In this document: piece by piece, positions 13,341 to 27,200 of the stretch
Numbering within the stretch: the first letter of the stretch is position 1
Layout of the letters: every line of letters starts with the position of its first letter
Source of the DNA: the human T2T-CHM13v2.0 reference genome, Homo sapiens
Length of the DNA: 64,000 nt
NCBI RefSeq assembly: GCF_009914755.1
Contig: NC_060928.1
Strand: one strand, 5' to 3'
The notes under the pieces: generated by a model
The model's input: only the letters and a program-made list of their open reading frames with translations
Databases searched by the model: none
Told to the model about the DNA's origin: nothing
Program-made: the position numbers and the translations under genes

Positions 13341-16300
13341 GAAGCCAGGCAGGAAATGATAATCAGAAAAAAAGAGGAAACGATGGAAACAATGAAAAGG
13401 AGACAGTGACAGCTGCATCAAACAGTTTTGTTAATGGACAACAAGAGTCTAAGGCTTAATTACTCATGGCTAATGAACTGAAAGTTCAGCTGCATTTTTC
13501 CAGCACTAAGCCATGTCTTAATCATCTTTGTATCCTTCCATATTTCTTCATATCCTTAGCACATGGTAAGCACTAATGATTGAATGGCAAGACTTGCTTG
13601 ACTAAAGAGGAGAGGGCTTTGTGGGGCATAGTCATAAATAAAGGTGGAGACTTGTGGAGAACTGGGGCTGACCCTTGTAAAGGACAAGGTATTTCCTAAA
13701 ATATGTTTTGTTTCAACGCAAGAAAAGGGACACTTCACTCATTTTCAAAGACAATAGAGTTTCATTAAGTATTGATGCTACAGTTATCTTTAAATAGGTA
13801 CCATTTTGCAGTGTTGGAGAATACCTCAAGCCACAAATGTCACCACATCATTTACCATTTGTCACCAACAAGTGGTCACCAAGTAGGGGCAGGGAGTAGG
13901 GAGTGCTGCTTTCTATTAGGGAAGAGCCACTAGAGAAAGAGAGCAATGAGGGAAGAGTTTAAAAGAAATCATTCTTCATTTTTCCCCCTCGGGTTTTAAT
14001 TTGCTTACTGCACCATATGATACAGTAGACTCACATTGACAATAAGCACAGTGCCATTGATTAACGGGCTGTGAGCACTGTGCTAAGGGCCTTAAAGCCA
14101 CATCATTGCATGCTAGTCCAGCCATAATGCTCTTTTCCCTTCCTATGTTTAAAGTCAAAACAGTGACTTTGACCATCAATATTCCTTATGGGATGTTTTC
14201 ATTTTTCCAATTATACTATACAATGAATTTCCATGGGCCATATTAATCCTAGCTGGTATTAGCCAAACCCCATAGACACTCCATATACACTATCTATGCT
14301 GCTGCATATAAGCAGTTATCATCAAATATTTATAAAATAACCATTATATCAACAGCAACATGTTAGGTGTTTCAGGTAGTTAGAAGAAAAGTAGGACATA
14401 GTCTGCCCTCAAGAAGTTTACCATCTAAGCGGAGCCAAGACACAGCAAAGAGAAAACATGGCTATATTGAATCAGTGCCAGTCTTTATTAAGACTTTTAG
14501 TAAATAAAATTGCTTTGACCTTACAATGACATCATTCATCCAGATTGCTGTTCAGGTTGAAATTAGATGAAGCAATGTTGCCTTATAAAGCAAGCAAAGA
14601 GACCTTGGTTTCATTAGCAGCACTACCATTAAATAACATTGACAAAGTCACCTAAATTCCTTGGGTCCCACTTTACTTATCTTGAGAATGGGAGTTGCTT
14701 TGTTTTTTGGTTTCTGATTGTCTTTTTTTTTTTAACCTCATACACTATGCAAATGCCAATCTGAAAACCTCCCCATTTCCATCCAAAATGTGCCATGATT
14801 TAAGAGGTTCTGACCTAGAGAGAAAGTTTTACATGCTCACTAATTATTGTCCTCTTATCACACGTACAAAAAATGTGTTTGTCTTACTCTTACTACAATA
14901 GTATCCAATTTGTCCAAACCTGGCTGGAATCCCAGTACACCCAATTTTTCCTGTTTAAGCTCGTTAATGTGGTAAATAAGCCCTATGGGTTCAGTACATT
15001 CCCAATTTTGGTTCATCCATATCTCTTGTATATCTTTCCTCACTTATCAGCATTTTACTCAACTCACTGTTTCCTTAATGGGAAGGAAAAAAAAAAAAAC
15101 AAAGTAAAGGCCAATCTTTTTCCTTTATTTTACTAGTGTTTGTATAGGAGGTGTGTCTTACAGTATAGGAGATTCAGATATAGCATTAACCAAATAGTCT
15201 TGCCTAAAATAACCATAGCCAGTAAACCTGATAGCCAGAAGATTTTCAATCCTCTAACCCCCATTCCAACATACTAATAAACTTTAAAAATTCAAATACA
15301 ATAACAATCATGTAAGAAACTGGTTTTATAACTATGCCTGGGGTATAGTTTCAAGAGTTCCCAGTGGGAGGAGGTTCACTTTTCATTCAATGACATTTTT
15401 TACTATTTGGCAGATTCACCATGTGCTTGTATAAGATTTATTATATTAAAAATTTAAAAACAATATTGGCCAACATTCATTGCACATTTGCTATGTGGCA
15501 GGCCTTTTATATTCATTACCTTATTTAATCCTCCTAACAACCATAAAGCAATTTTTTTTAAAGTTTCTCCATTTTATAGATGAAGAAACAGGGGGTTAAA
15601 AACTTATTCAAGGACATACATTTATTGACCAAACTCACATTTTATGGGAATAAAAATATATGATAGAGATAAAAATTCTGTGAGAAGTTCAATTACCATA
15701 CAAGGTGAAGCAGGAGTACCCTATCAATAAAGGAGCATGTTTATTGAGTATATTTTGCCAGGCTTGTAGCAGTAAGTTATGCTGAAATTTAGGCAGAGCT
15801 CCAGGGCTTTAGTTACCGGATTTTAACTTGTTCATTCTACAGCTTCCATTTCTCAACCATCCTGTTAAAGGATTTGATTGGAACTGGAGGTTTCACATTT
15901 GGGGAGAGTGTTGGCCATAGACAGCCCATGACCTTTGTTTACCAAAGCTACCTCCCTTATTTCTATAGATCAAAGAAGCAGTGGTGTTTCTGGGTTTCTA
16001 TTTATGGTCTCTTTCATTCCCATACCCACAGAAATAAATGTGAGCCTTTAGGGAAAGCAAACTGTGGAACATCTTCAGGTTTTCAGGTACATAGATTAGG
16101 TCAGCTGAATCAGCCTTCAGGACATAAATCAGAATTTTGAAGGCTAAGAGTTTGAAACGAGCACAGCAAAGGTCTAGTTCTTTGCAAAAAAAAAAAAAAT
16201 TGTCTTTTTGCAAATACCTGGCAGATGTAAATAAGCTTCAAAATTGCAATAGCAATTATTTTAGCAACAGATATAAGTATACCAAATGCTTTTTGCACCT

Positions 16301-16589
16301 TTGAATTGTGTTTTCATTTTGTTTAATTTTCACATCTAGCTGAGATAAAAATTAGTGGGAGTGGTCATTTTTTGTACTGTATCTAGCATACATGATTTCC
16401 AGTAGCAAGGTATAATAATTCATATGCTAGCATGAGCCTTAGAGGTAACAAATGCTCATTTTGTGATGCTCTTCTAATCCTGCCATTAGTTTTAGTCTTA
16501 AAATGACCATATTCCTTTCCAGGGAGCTCCCGTCTTATGAACAGATCAGTTTTGGGGGGATCTCTGGATTTATTTTTTCCAATCACTGT

Positions 16590-17555
16590 TTCTTTCATAA
16601 ACACGTATTGAGGACTTACTGTGTGTCAGATATTCTTCTGGGTGCTGGAGTTGGAGCTAAGAATAAACACAGCAGGCAAATAATCCATACCTGCATGGAG
16701 GTTACAGTCTAGTTCTGGAAGAGAAGCAATAACAAGTAAATTATATAGTATGTTAGAAGGTGAGGAGTACTATGAGAAATATTAAGCTGGGAGTCTGGGG
16801 TGGGGGTTGAAAACTTAAATTGAATTGTGTTTTAGTCCATTTTCACACTTCTGATAAACATACCCGAGACTGAGCAATTTACAAAAGAAAGAGGTTTAAT
16901 TGGACTTAACAGTTCCATGTGGCTGGGGAAGCCTCAAAATCATGGCGGAAGGCAAGGAGGCACAAGTCACATCTTATGTGGATGGCAGCAGGCAATAAAA
17001 AAGAAAGCTTGTTCAGGGAAACTCCCCCTTACAGAACCATCAGATCTCATGAGACTCATTCACTATCATGAGAACAGCACAGGAAAGACCCGCCCCCATA
17101 ATTTGATCACCTTCCACAGGGTTCCTCCCACAACATGTGGGAACTGTGGGAGTTGCAATTCAAGATGAGATTTGGGTGGGGACACAGCCAAACCATATCA
17201 AGTTGTTAAGGAAGGCCTCACTGAGAAGGTGACATTTGAGCGAAGACTTGAAGGAAATGAGAGAATGAGCTGTGTGGAGACCTGGAGGACAATTGTTCCA
17301 AGCCAAGGAAACAGTCAGTGCAAAGGCCCTGAGGCAAAGGTGTGTCAGGCATGAGAGTAAAGAGAAGGAGACCAGTATGGTTATAGCAGAGGGAGCAAGG
17401 GTCCTATAATAGGGGCTGGTATGCTTAGAAAAGTAGCTGGGGCCAGACCCCATAGGGCTTTGCAAGGCATTTTAATGATTTGGCTTTTACTCTGAGATGA
17501 GGATCCATTCAAAGGTTTTGAACAGAGGAGTGATAACAATCTGATTTCATTTCTT
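16590..17555 (-). mobile_element. L2 LINE interrupted by THE1
   Basis: tattgaggacttactgtgtgtcag... resumes after the THE1 with ggaaggcctcactgagaaggtgacatttgag...tgcaaaggccctgagg. Confidence 0.75.
16828..17200 (-). mobile_element. THE1B-like (MaLR) solo LTR
   Basis: tgttttagtccattttcacac...gagatttgggtggggacacagccaaaccatatca. TSD aattg/agttg (1 mismatch). Confidence 0.9.
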
Positions 17556-18301
17556 ATAGATATATTATTAATTATGCAAGAGGGTCTCACAATTAATTAT
17601 CCACCAAATTCTGCTTAACCCATATTGCCATTCAACTAAGGTGCTAATGAGACTCTGAGAACTTGTGCTCTAAGTGCTGGATTTAGATAATGGAGATGGG
17701 GATTTGGCTGACAGCTCAGTTGGATGACTTTGGGCACTTCAATTAACATCTCTGAGCCCCATTTTCCTTGTCAGAGAAACAAGTTTAAACTATACCTGCC
17801 CCATGGCCTTATTTTGAGGATCAAGTAAAAACTAAATATAGAAGCACTTTATAAATTATAAGACAATATAAATGTCAGGAGAGGTGGTGATAGCAACAGT
17901 GGTTGTGGTTGTGTCACCATTATTTCAGGGAAAATTAAGCCCAGAACCTAAGTCAGAATGTTAGGAATGCAAGCTTCCCTTTCCCATCTCTTCTTATTAA
18001 ATTACTATGGAAATGGGGCCTCCTCTTCCTTCCCCAGCACTTGGGATCCAGAAGACAACAAGGACTCAGATGATGCCAACAGAACATGCCAGTCAGGATC
18101 CTAGCAGGAAGAGTTGTCATTGACAGGGTGTTTGGTAGACCGGGGCCTCCACGGTGGGTGGGTCTGCTGTCCTAGTGAGAGCGTCACAACTTTCCCTCTC
18201 CCTGGCCCCATAAGCATCCCCAGTTCAGTGCAGGGCATTACGCTGTCCTCAGATGGGCAACTTTTCCAAGTAATCACAACCCTCTTCTGTTTCTCCACCA
18301 G

Positions 18302-18386
18302 GCATTCCTCCTATGGAAGACTTTTGGACGACCATGACTACGGGTCCTGGGGAAACTACAACAACCCTCTGTACGATGACTCCTAA
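18302..18386 (+). CDS. PARM1: PARM1 last coding exon (cytoplasmic tail with YGRL and NPLY sorting motifs)
   Basis: Acceptor cctcttctgtttctccaccAG (18300-18301). AG+G completes Arg, then [30 protein letters not shown], recognised as the PARM1 C-terminus. Confidence 0.96.
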
Positions 18387-19543
18387 CAATGGAATATGGC
18401 CTGGGATGAGGATTAACTGTTCTTTATTTATAAGTGCTTATCCAGTAGAATTAATAAGTACCTGATGCGCATTGAACGACAATCTTAAGCCCTGTTTTGT
18501 TGGTATGGTTGTTTTTGTTTTCCTCCCTCTCCTCTGGCTGCTACAACTTCCCCTTTCTGGTACAAGAAGAACCATTCTTTAAAGGTGAGTGGAGGCTGAT
18601 TTGCAGCTGAAGTGGGCCAGCCTTGCACCAGCCAGGCCAGACCACCATGGTGAAGGCTTCTTTCCCCACTGCAGGACCCACTTTGAGAAGGACCGAGGAG
18701 GAGGATTTGGGTTGTTTTGTTAGGGGTTACTTTCAGGGGAACATTTCATTTGTGTTATTTCTTAAACTTCTATTTAGGAAATTACATTAAGTATTAATGA
18801 GGGGAAAGGAAATGAGCTCTACGAGGATTTCACCCTGCATGGGAGAGAGCAGGGTTTTCTCAGATTCCTTTTTAATCTCTATTTATCTGGTTGTTTCTGA
18901 CAGGATGCTGCCTGCTTGGCTCTACAAGCTGGAAAGCAGCTTCTTAGCTGCCTAATTAATGAAAGATGAAAATAGGAAGTGCCCTGGAGGGGGCCAGCAG
19001 GTCACGGGGCAGAATCTCTCAGGTTGCTGTGGGATCTCAGTGTGCCCCTACCTGTTCTCCCCTCCAGGCCACCTGTCTCTGTAAAGGATGTCTGCTCTGT
19101 TCAAAAGGCAGCTGGGATCCCAGCCCACAAGTGATCAGCAGAGTTGCATTTCCAAAGAAAAAGGCTATGAGATGAGCTGAGTTATAGAGAGAAAGGGAGA
19201 GGCATGTACGGTGTGGGGAAGTGGAAGAGAAGCTGGCGGGGGAGAAGGAGGCTAACCTGCACTGAGTACTTCATTAGGACAAGTGAGAATCAGCTATTGA
19301 TAATGGCCAGAGATATCCACAGCTTGGAGGAGCCCAGAGACCGTTTGCTTTATACCCACACAGCAACTGGTCCACTGCTTTACTGTCTGTTGGATAATGG
19401 CTGTAAAATGTTTAAAAACAAAACAAAACAAAAAAGAGGCACTAGTCTATCTGCAATTACTCAACGAGGCATTTTCATAGGAAACAGACTATGATTAATC
19501 CATTTATTCTTCCCACACACTTACCTTACTAAGTCTTTGCTTT

Positions 19544-19590
19544 AATAAATGAGCAACCCTGGGTATAGTCTTAAAATTCTGCACAATAAA
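19544..19590 (+). terminator. Candidate proximal poly(A) signals (two AATAAA)
   Basis: AATAAA at 19544-19549 and 19585-19590, followed by GT/T-rich ttgttcctctttgtaggtatctgtgt. Confidence 0.5.
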
Positions 19591-19633
19591 TTTTGAGAAA
19601 GAATTGTTCCTCTTTGTAGGTATCTGTGTATTG

Positions 19634-19843
19634 CAATCATTCTCAACCAGGAGGTGATTTTGCCCCCTGACTCCACCCCAGGGACATTCAAAAATGTCTG
19701 GTGACAGTTTTCATTGTCATGACTTGGGGGTGCTACTAGAAGCCAGGAATGCTGCCAAACATTCTACCATGCACAGCACAACCTACAACAGCAAAGAATC
19801 ATCCACCCCAAAATATCAGTAGTGCCGAGATTGAGAAACCCTG
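19634..19843. mobile_element. MER20 (hAT-Charlie) within the PARM1 3' UTR
   Basis: ttctcaaccaggaggtgattttgcccc...cagtagtgccgagattgagaaaccctg. Confidence 0.8.
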
Positions 19844-22231
19844 ATTTATCACAATGCCCACTGTGACAGAACAAGACACTCACAGATTAGTGATACGTTT
19901 TATTTTTAACAAAATGAAATGATGTGTTAAGTTTTTATTTCCAAAGTGTTTAGTTTATTGGCTGATGGGTTGTTCTTGGTATGCATGGTGACCTTTTTAT
20001 TTCTGTGTGCTTCCTAGAGAGCTTTATTTCATGGCGACAACTCTGTCTTCTTGTAACAGCTGATATTAGCAAGCAGCATCTTATGTCCTGATTTCATATA
20101 GTAGAAAACAAACATTGGGTCCGACTTCAAAATGTGTTGTATTGTCCTACAGTGTCATAAAGAACCTGAAAATGAACTTTTGTTTCTAAAGTTGGACCTT
20201 GCTGCCATGACTGTTTAGTTTACAGAAACTTGACCCCGGCTCATCCTGTCTCTGGCTGTGGCCCGGCAAAGCACTGAAAACCCCTCTGGTCTCAGAGACA
20301 GTAGGGGCAGTGCCACTTTCTACAACCTGCCAACCCACACACTGGAGTAATTCTGAAAAAAATTATTCCTAAACTCTCTAAGTGTGGACGGAGAATGAGC
20401 AAGCCCCAGAAGTATTTTACAACCAGAGTGGGTAATGAGGAGGGGGCTTACTGGAATCGTCATATCTCTGAATATTGAAAACAACAACTAAAAAAGTGGA
20501 CCTTCTCAGAAAAAAAGGGCAGCAAATGACCAAGGGCGCCCCTTCTGGCCGTGCTTGGCTTGAGTAACTGTCTCTCTTTCCCCACCCCCATCACAGGGCT
20601 TTCAGTTTGGCAAAGGAAAAGCAGATAAAAACAGAACATTCCATATGTTTCTTTCTCCATCGGCCAAAAACATTTTGACACAATGTTTGTGAAACACCTT
20701 TGGAGAGGTGCACTTCTGAATGCTGCCTCTGCCGTAAATCCTGGGGCAAGGGATCAGCCTCTTCCCAGGAACCATCGCCTTCTATAAACCGTGAACTCAA
20801 GCAGGCATTTTTTTTTTCTTACCGAAAGGCTGCTATTGTGCAAGGGCACATAATGGGTCTGTTGCTCTTATTGGCTTCCAAATGTGCATGGCAAAGAGAG
20901 AGATGTGGGCCTAGAGCAGATATATTCAGCAAGGTGACAGCTTCCCATAACAATTCTAACACTTCTTATCTTATGTGAGAATAAAATATTTAAGGGTTGA
21001 ACCTTATTTTGCCAAATGTATCTTTTCTGCTTTTGAATTGGGCAGAAGATTTTAGCAACTATATTCTACAAATGTTACTTATAACACACACACACACATC
21101 TGAAATATATGCCGAAAATTGACGTCTTTGACCTCAGGGAGAGCACCTGTCCAGGTCTGCCTAAAGGAAATGGCTCCAGTGGGTCTAAACAACCACATCC
21201 TATCCATGGATAGGTCTAGTCATAACACTTTAGAGAGAATGTCAGAGCAGGAGGGAGGCAAGCCGCCTCTTCTCGGCCATCGACTGCAGATGATGAAAGA
21301 GCGGGATTCAACTTTGTTTTCTTTTCCTGTGGCCCCAGTGAAACCTCCTGCCCTCCCTGCACGTCTGTGTCTTCATTTCTAAAATGGGGGTGATGCTTTC
21401 ATATTGACCTCACCCCATACTACCTCACAGATGTGTTGTGAGGATTAATAAAATTATGTCTATGGTATTTTCAGTTTCTGGAGAAAAATACTTATAGACA
21501 GTTTAACTATTACATAGATATATAAGTGATCTCAGTTTCTTGTTTGCTGTGATACTAATGTGTTGTTTTAACTTATTCCATAAAATGACAGTTGTGTCCT
21601 AGCCACATCAGACAGCTATCTAAGCTCTGGACTACCCCTTTGTGCAGCTGAATCACTGCAGGGTTGACCATGCCTGGTGCCACAGCCATGGTTTCCATTT
21701 CTAGATGAAAGGATGGCCTAGGACATAGGTCTCAAAGACTCTTGGATCAGAATCAGGAGATTAGGGAAAACAGGATGGATACCTGAGCACTAACAGCAGT
21801 AGACGTAGACCTCTGTCCTTTACCATCTGAGGTCTTCTGGATTCTTTGTGGGGTTAATTTTGATTTGATGTCATCTGTTTGCCCTTCATCTTGCTTGCAA
21901 GTGTGCATGGTTCAATCCCTCACATCCAGGAAATGAATTTTGCAATTGGGCCAGATGCTAATTTGCACGTTGATTCACCTTCTTTGCCTTTAAGCCTTTT
22001 TTTTCTTTTTTTTTTTTTTGGCAAATGAATGTACCATTTCAACTTTGATTTTAATAGTGCTAGTTGATATTGGTAATAATGCTAACCAAGAGATCAATGC
22101 CAGATTTTTCTCTTGGGGTAAGTTAGCTGAAGTCATTTAAAGATGGAAAGGTGGGAAAATTCTTTGATATTTGATGTCATTGTATCCACATTTGTTGTAA
22201 GACATATTGCATACCAATTATAATTATATCA

Positions 22232-22237
22232 ATTAAA
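22232..22237 (+). terminator. Distal polyadenylation signal ATTAAA
   Basis: ATTAAA with upstream TGTA motifs and U-rich tract, followed by ttcCA and ctgtctgtgggtgatt. Confidence 0.7.
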
Positions 22238-22422
22238 GTTGATAAAAGCTTCCATCTGTCTGTGGGTGATTCACATTTTGATATATTTTGTTATTCAAAC
22301 CACTTGATTGATATGCTCAACACAACTCATATTAAGTAGTTTTGACTTGTTCTTAAAGAAAATGTATCCCACACCAGTAAATATTTTCTGCATAGCAGAA
22401 AGGTCTTTCTGACCTTGAAACG

Positions 22423-22487
22423 GAATTGAAGAATGTCAGAATTGAAGAAACTTGTCAAGAATTGAAGAATTGAAGAAACTTTTCAAG
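22423..22487. repeat. Degenerate micro-tandem repeat (GAATTGAAGAA x4)
   Basis: gaattgaagaatgtcagaattgaagaaacttgtcaagaattgaagaattgaagaaacttttcaag. Confidence 0.75.
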
Positions 22488-24057
22488 CAGTGATTTTACT
22501 CTCAAATATACTCTGGACCTTATAAAATAGATGTAAAAACAAACACTTTGATTCAATGAGTTGATAGCAATACATAATCAAGTCATATTAAAGTATATTG
22601 GCATTAGTAATACATTTGACATTTGCTTCACTCCCCTTTAAAAATTAAATTCAGCATACTCATCCTTATCTGACAGTTAAATAGCAGGCAATTTCAGTCA
22701 TCCAAAATATAATTTCAAACCCCAAAAGCAAACTAAAGATGATTCTGATTCCAAAGAAAAGAGCAGCAGCAAAACCCATTCATTTTGTTCCATAGGAAAG
22801 GAATAGATCACCTGCAAGCTAGAACTTGTTGATTAGATGATGGATATAAACTTGAGGTCAGGTTTAATAGGTTTAGTTACTTGGTCAGATTTCATAAGTT
22901 TAGTTACTCGGCTCCCAGTGACATAGCATGGAGGATTGACTGGGAAGAGTCAAGATATGGAATGAGGATTGAGCATGAAACAGGCCCTATCCATTAATTA
23001 TTTGGTCATTTCTCGAGGAGCATTTCGTGGGCACAAAAGCAACTAAAAACCCTATTATTTACTCCCCCAAAATTCAATAGCACTCTCCAATAGCTGACTA
23101 TGTTTTGACTTCTGTCAGAAAGCACTGAATCATAAATGACCTTTAAAAGCACTGATCATGTTGGGAAAAACCTATAAGAGGCATGATGCCTTCCTTTAAA
23201 GGACCTAGTCTTTGGCAGATGTAGACTACATTTGCTGCACCAAAACACCATTAATCAGTTTGAGTCAACAAATATACTGAGTTTTTATCCTAAGCAAGAT
23301 ACACAATAATTACTACAAAAACAGAAGTATAATATTCTTTAGGAAACTTGGGTGTCTGTGAGCATTATCTAGTGTAATCCTTGCATCTGCTTTAGCGGTC
23401 ATTACATTATCTCCATTTTACAGATGGGGAAACTGAAGTTCCAGAATATTAAATTTATTCATCCACATATTGAATCCTTCTATGTACTCTGTAATGAACA
23501 AGATAGTCCCTGTCCTCCAAGTATTTACAGTTTAGTAAGTGGAAGAGGTGGGGTTCAAACCATGTCCATCTGGCACCAGAGCCCTTCGTCTTTTACCACC
23601 CAAAGGACTGGTGTCCAATGTAAATCTAACCTGGGTCTTAAGACCCTCATACCTGCTGCTCATATGAGACCTTCTGCCCCTTGCAAAGTCCCTCTCAGCT
23701 ATTTCAGGCAGTCTCAAGGGTGTCTAGCATGCAGTCCAGAGCAAGCCCAGTCAGCTCTTAAAGCACATATCCCCTGCCAGACACTGTCTCTGCTGACTCC
23801 CACATCTATGGCTGTGTTCTCTGCCAAAGGGGAGACTGCCTTCCCTCCTGTCCTGTCAGGACACCAGCACAGAGCCCCATTGTCTCACAGAATTTTGGTG
23901 AAAACCTCTCCTAATTTCAACTTGCAGCCTCCCTGCTCTTCCCAAGAATCAGATGTGAATTCATGGCAGCCTAGACTAGAGATGCTGCCCTCGGAGTCTC
24001 TCCCTGATCTTACCCTGAAATTCCATCACTGGGCCAACTTGTCTTTCCTCAGGGTAG

Positions 24058-24290
24058 TAATAATATTGACAGCTTATTCTCACATAGCACTTACTGTGAA
24101 CTAGATACTGTTGTAAGAACTTTACATGGGTTAACATCCCTATGAGATAGATATTATTAACATCTCTATTGTACAGAAGAGAAAACTAAGGGCCAAAGAG
24201 GTAGAGAAAATTACCCAAGGTCACACAGCGGTGGGGCAGAATTGAAATAGGGACCATGGGTCTCCAGGGTCCATGCTCTGGACCACTCCC
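24058..24290 (-). mobile_element. MIR SINE
   Basis: tagcacttactgtgaactagatactg...cagaagagaaaactaagg...acccaaggtcacacagc. Confidence 0.65.
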
Positions 24291-27200
24291 AAGCCAAATT
24301 TTCACTCCATGCCAGAGATTCTTGACATGTATGTGCTGCTGCCCATCAAACATGCCCAGCCAGGTGAGACAACCTGAAGCCAAAGTTGGGCATCCAATGC
24401 AGAAGCAGCTTTCTCCCTGAAGAAGGTTTCTAGAGTGGCCCAAAGGGCCTATTTTAAGGGCACCCACAACTGGGCAGCTCTGTGGTTGAGCCTTTACATA
24501 TTCCTGTTCATCAGGATGGTGGCTTGGGATCTTTTGAAAGCAGTCGCACCCTCAGAACTGATGACCTGGCAGACTGTGAGTTGTCTCTGTCTACACCATG
24601 GCACTTCCAGTCAAAGTCACTCATCTGACAACCACCAACTCAACAGCAGGACACTCCAGGCTGACCCTTCCCTTGTCACCAGGTCCATACAGCAGCTGTA
24701 ATGAGACAGTCTATACTACTGTCTTGTTCTCCCACTAGCCATTTCTCCCTCAGCATTTGGACAGAATTTGCTGCAACAAACACCACTGAGAAGAGTGTTG
24801 AAAAGTTCACATCAGTCATAAGCCAAGTGTTGTCAGGTAGTGTGAGACACAAATGCTCACTGCCAGCCACTGTGCCAAGACATTCAGAGGTTTGACATGA
24901 GAAACCAAAAAACTGCTCTGTGTATTTCTGGAATATATGTTAAAAGTTTTAATACAAAGTTGTGGATTTCATATAAAACTTAGTTTCTTATACGGACTTT
25001 GAGAGAGCAGGAGAAAAGATTAGGGAAACCACCAGTAGATAATCGCTAAAATGCCAGGGTTTCTGGAAAATGGCCACCATCTCAGGCTACAACGGTGAAG
25101 TGAATGGTTCTCAAGAGCTCACTGGAAAGTCACACCTGCCCACACACCTGATGCAACTGTTTCTGAAGAAGAATGGCTTTGCCTTTTTTCCATCTTCCAT
25201 ATCTTGCCTGAGAACCTCTCATAGACAAACTCTAGCCAGAGCCATAAGGGAAAGAGCATTCTGAGAAATGTAATTTCTGGCTTCTCCTCTGTATTACAAA
25301 GATCTTAGAAAAGGTGATAATGCTGAGCTAAAAATAAGCAAATAATCACAGGCCACCTCTGTTACCCCAAATGAGAACTTGGCAAAAAGTCAATAACAAC
25401 AGTATGTTATCTGTAACATTATGCAACTGTTCCTTACACAACTGAGGATGCACACACCTTCTCCCTAAAAAGGAAGACACATCATTCCATATGTTGCTTT
25501 TATCTCTGGGAATGTTCATGCCTTTCCCAGTTCAGATGCAGTCTTCCTTTGATACCAAATTATAGGGTTAGTTACTTTAACTCACTTTATATTGGACAGA
25601 AGGGAATAAGGACAGAAAAAGAACTGATTTATACACACACACACATATACATATCAAAGCAAACAAGAGAATATGCATAGTTACTAAAGACTCCCTTTTA
25701 CCCCTAGTCATATGACCATACTGGTATTTATAACTTTCTTCTTCCACTGATCATTGCATGTTCATCTTGTCCTCAGTCAACATTTCACTTCATCCTGGTT
25801 CTTTATGTGGCAGGGTGACTCAAAGCTGCCTTCAGAATACGGCTAACACTTGGGTACTAGAAAAGGAAAAGGGAGCTGCTAAACTGAATAATGTTTCTAC
25901 CACTGAAAAGAAAGACCAGCTCACATTGCATGTAATGTTCCAAATACATTCCCCTTCCTATTTTCATTGTTTTTTTCCTCTCTCCTCCCCCATCCTTCCA
26001 GCCCTCCTCACCTACCCTTACCAAAAAGGTAAAGAAAAAGTGGAGGAGAAAATAGAGAAGGGATTCAGAACCATTCTCAGCCCTTGGCTTGATGCCTGAA
26101 GAGCCATGGACCATTCCATGCCCCGATCTGCCCACTAACTCCCCCCAGCTCTCCTATCTCTGCTTGAGCTCTTCTGAGAAGACCTATGCATCCTTCAGAC
26201 AGCGAGGAGTTGATAAAAGACATGCCAGGAAGCGTGGGGGAGAGAAAGAACAAGGTTTTCTTAAATGTATTCACTTCCAACTTAGAAGTGCCATGAGCCA
26301 TTTCATACACATTTCAGGCTGCAGATGCTTTTACTGAGCCACTGATAACAAGCTCTGGAGCTGATAAGCAATGAAATGAAATACACTTAACTTTTATAGG
26401 ATGAGTAATCCTCAATGACAATTAATCTCACGTCCTTAGGCCCAGGGACTGTCTGACGGGTTGTCCCATCCTCCTTCTGAACATCCATTTCTGGAAAGGA
26501 GCCAAGTTCATCAAGCAGCTCTACTCAAGGGAACACAACCTGAGGCCTTTACCTGTCCCCTTCTAAGGGTTTCCAGTGTAACCTACCTGCTGGCTTCTCC
26601 TCCAAAGGGTGGAGAGGCTGGATTTCATGTCTGTCTCCTATAGGCCAGTTTCATTGCTTCATCTATGAGAGTTCAGGTAAATCCCTGAGCAAGAATTTGG
26701 GGCACTGACCATCTGAGCAATCCCAGGGGGCTGGCAGGTGGCTTTTCAGTAAAGAAAGGCACAAACATTCTTTCCTAGCCTCCTTGATCTCCTAGAAACT
26801 TAGGCAGCTGGTCCTTGAAAAGTAACAGACTCTCAATCTAACCATAGCCAAAACCATGAGCAAAGAAAAACTGGTAGACTGAAAATTCTGACAACTTTAT
26901 ATCCTTTTTCCTTTGGTTTCTCCTATAGAGAAGCATAGGCTTGAGACACTGGATGTAAGAAGACAGGTGGCAGTGGGAAATCCAGGCTGCTACCTGATTA
27001 CAGGCCAATGGGAGTTGAAACCAACAAGGATGTGTTTGTTCACAGAGAGTCTCAATGTTTGCTCTCCTAAAAGCCCCATAGATTTCTCTAAGGAATGGCC
27101 TCTGATGGAAATTACAGTGTTGGAAGCAAAACATTCATTCACTCATCCCTTCAATCATTTAACAAACAGTATTCTTTTACACATTCCAGATACTTTCTTA

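Larger units (their letters stand above)
18387..22254 (+). other. PARM1: PARM1 long 3' UTR (end approximate)
   Basis: Mostly unique sequence after the stop codon, up to ATTAAA 22232-22237 and a GT-rich downstream element. The length fits a ~5-kb mRNA as I recall it. Confidence 0.75.

Noticed and set aside
18384-18416. Possible stop-codon readthrough (TAA CAA, extension QWNMAWDED)
   Set aside because: TAA is the least leaky stop, and the context matches neither UGA-CUAG nor CARYYA.
23424-24104. 226-aa ORF, the longest non-L1 ORF
   Set aside because: Starts inside MIR-like sequence (cagATGgggaaactgaag) and ends in another MIR. No recognisable domain or splice structure, so most likely a chance ORF.
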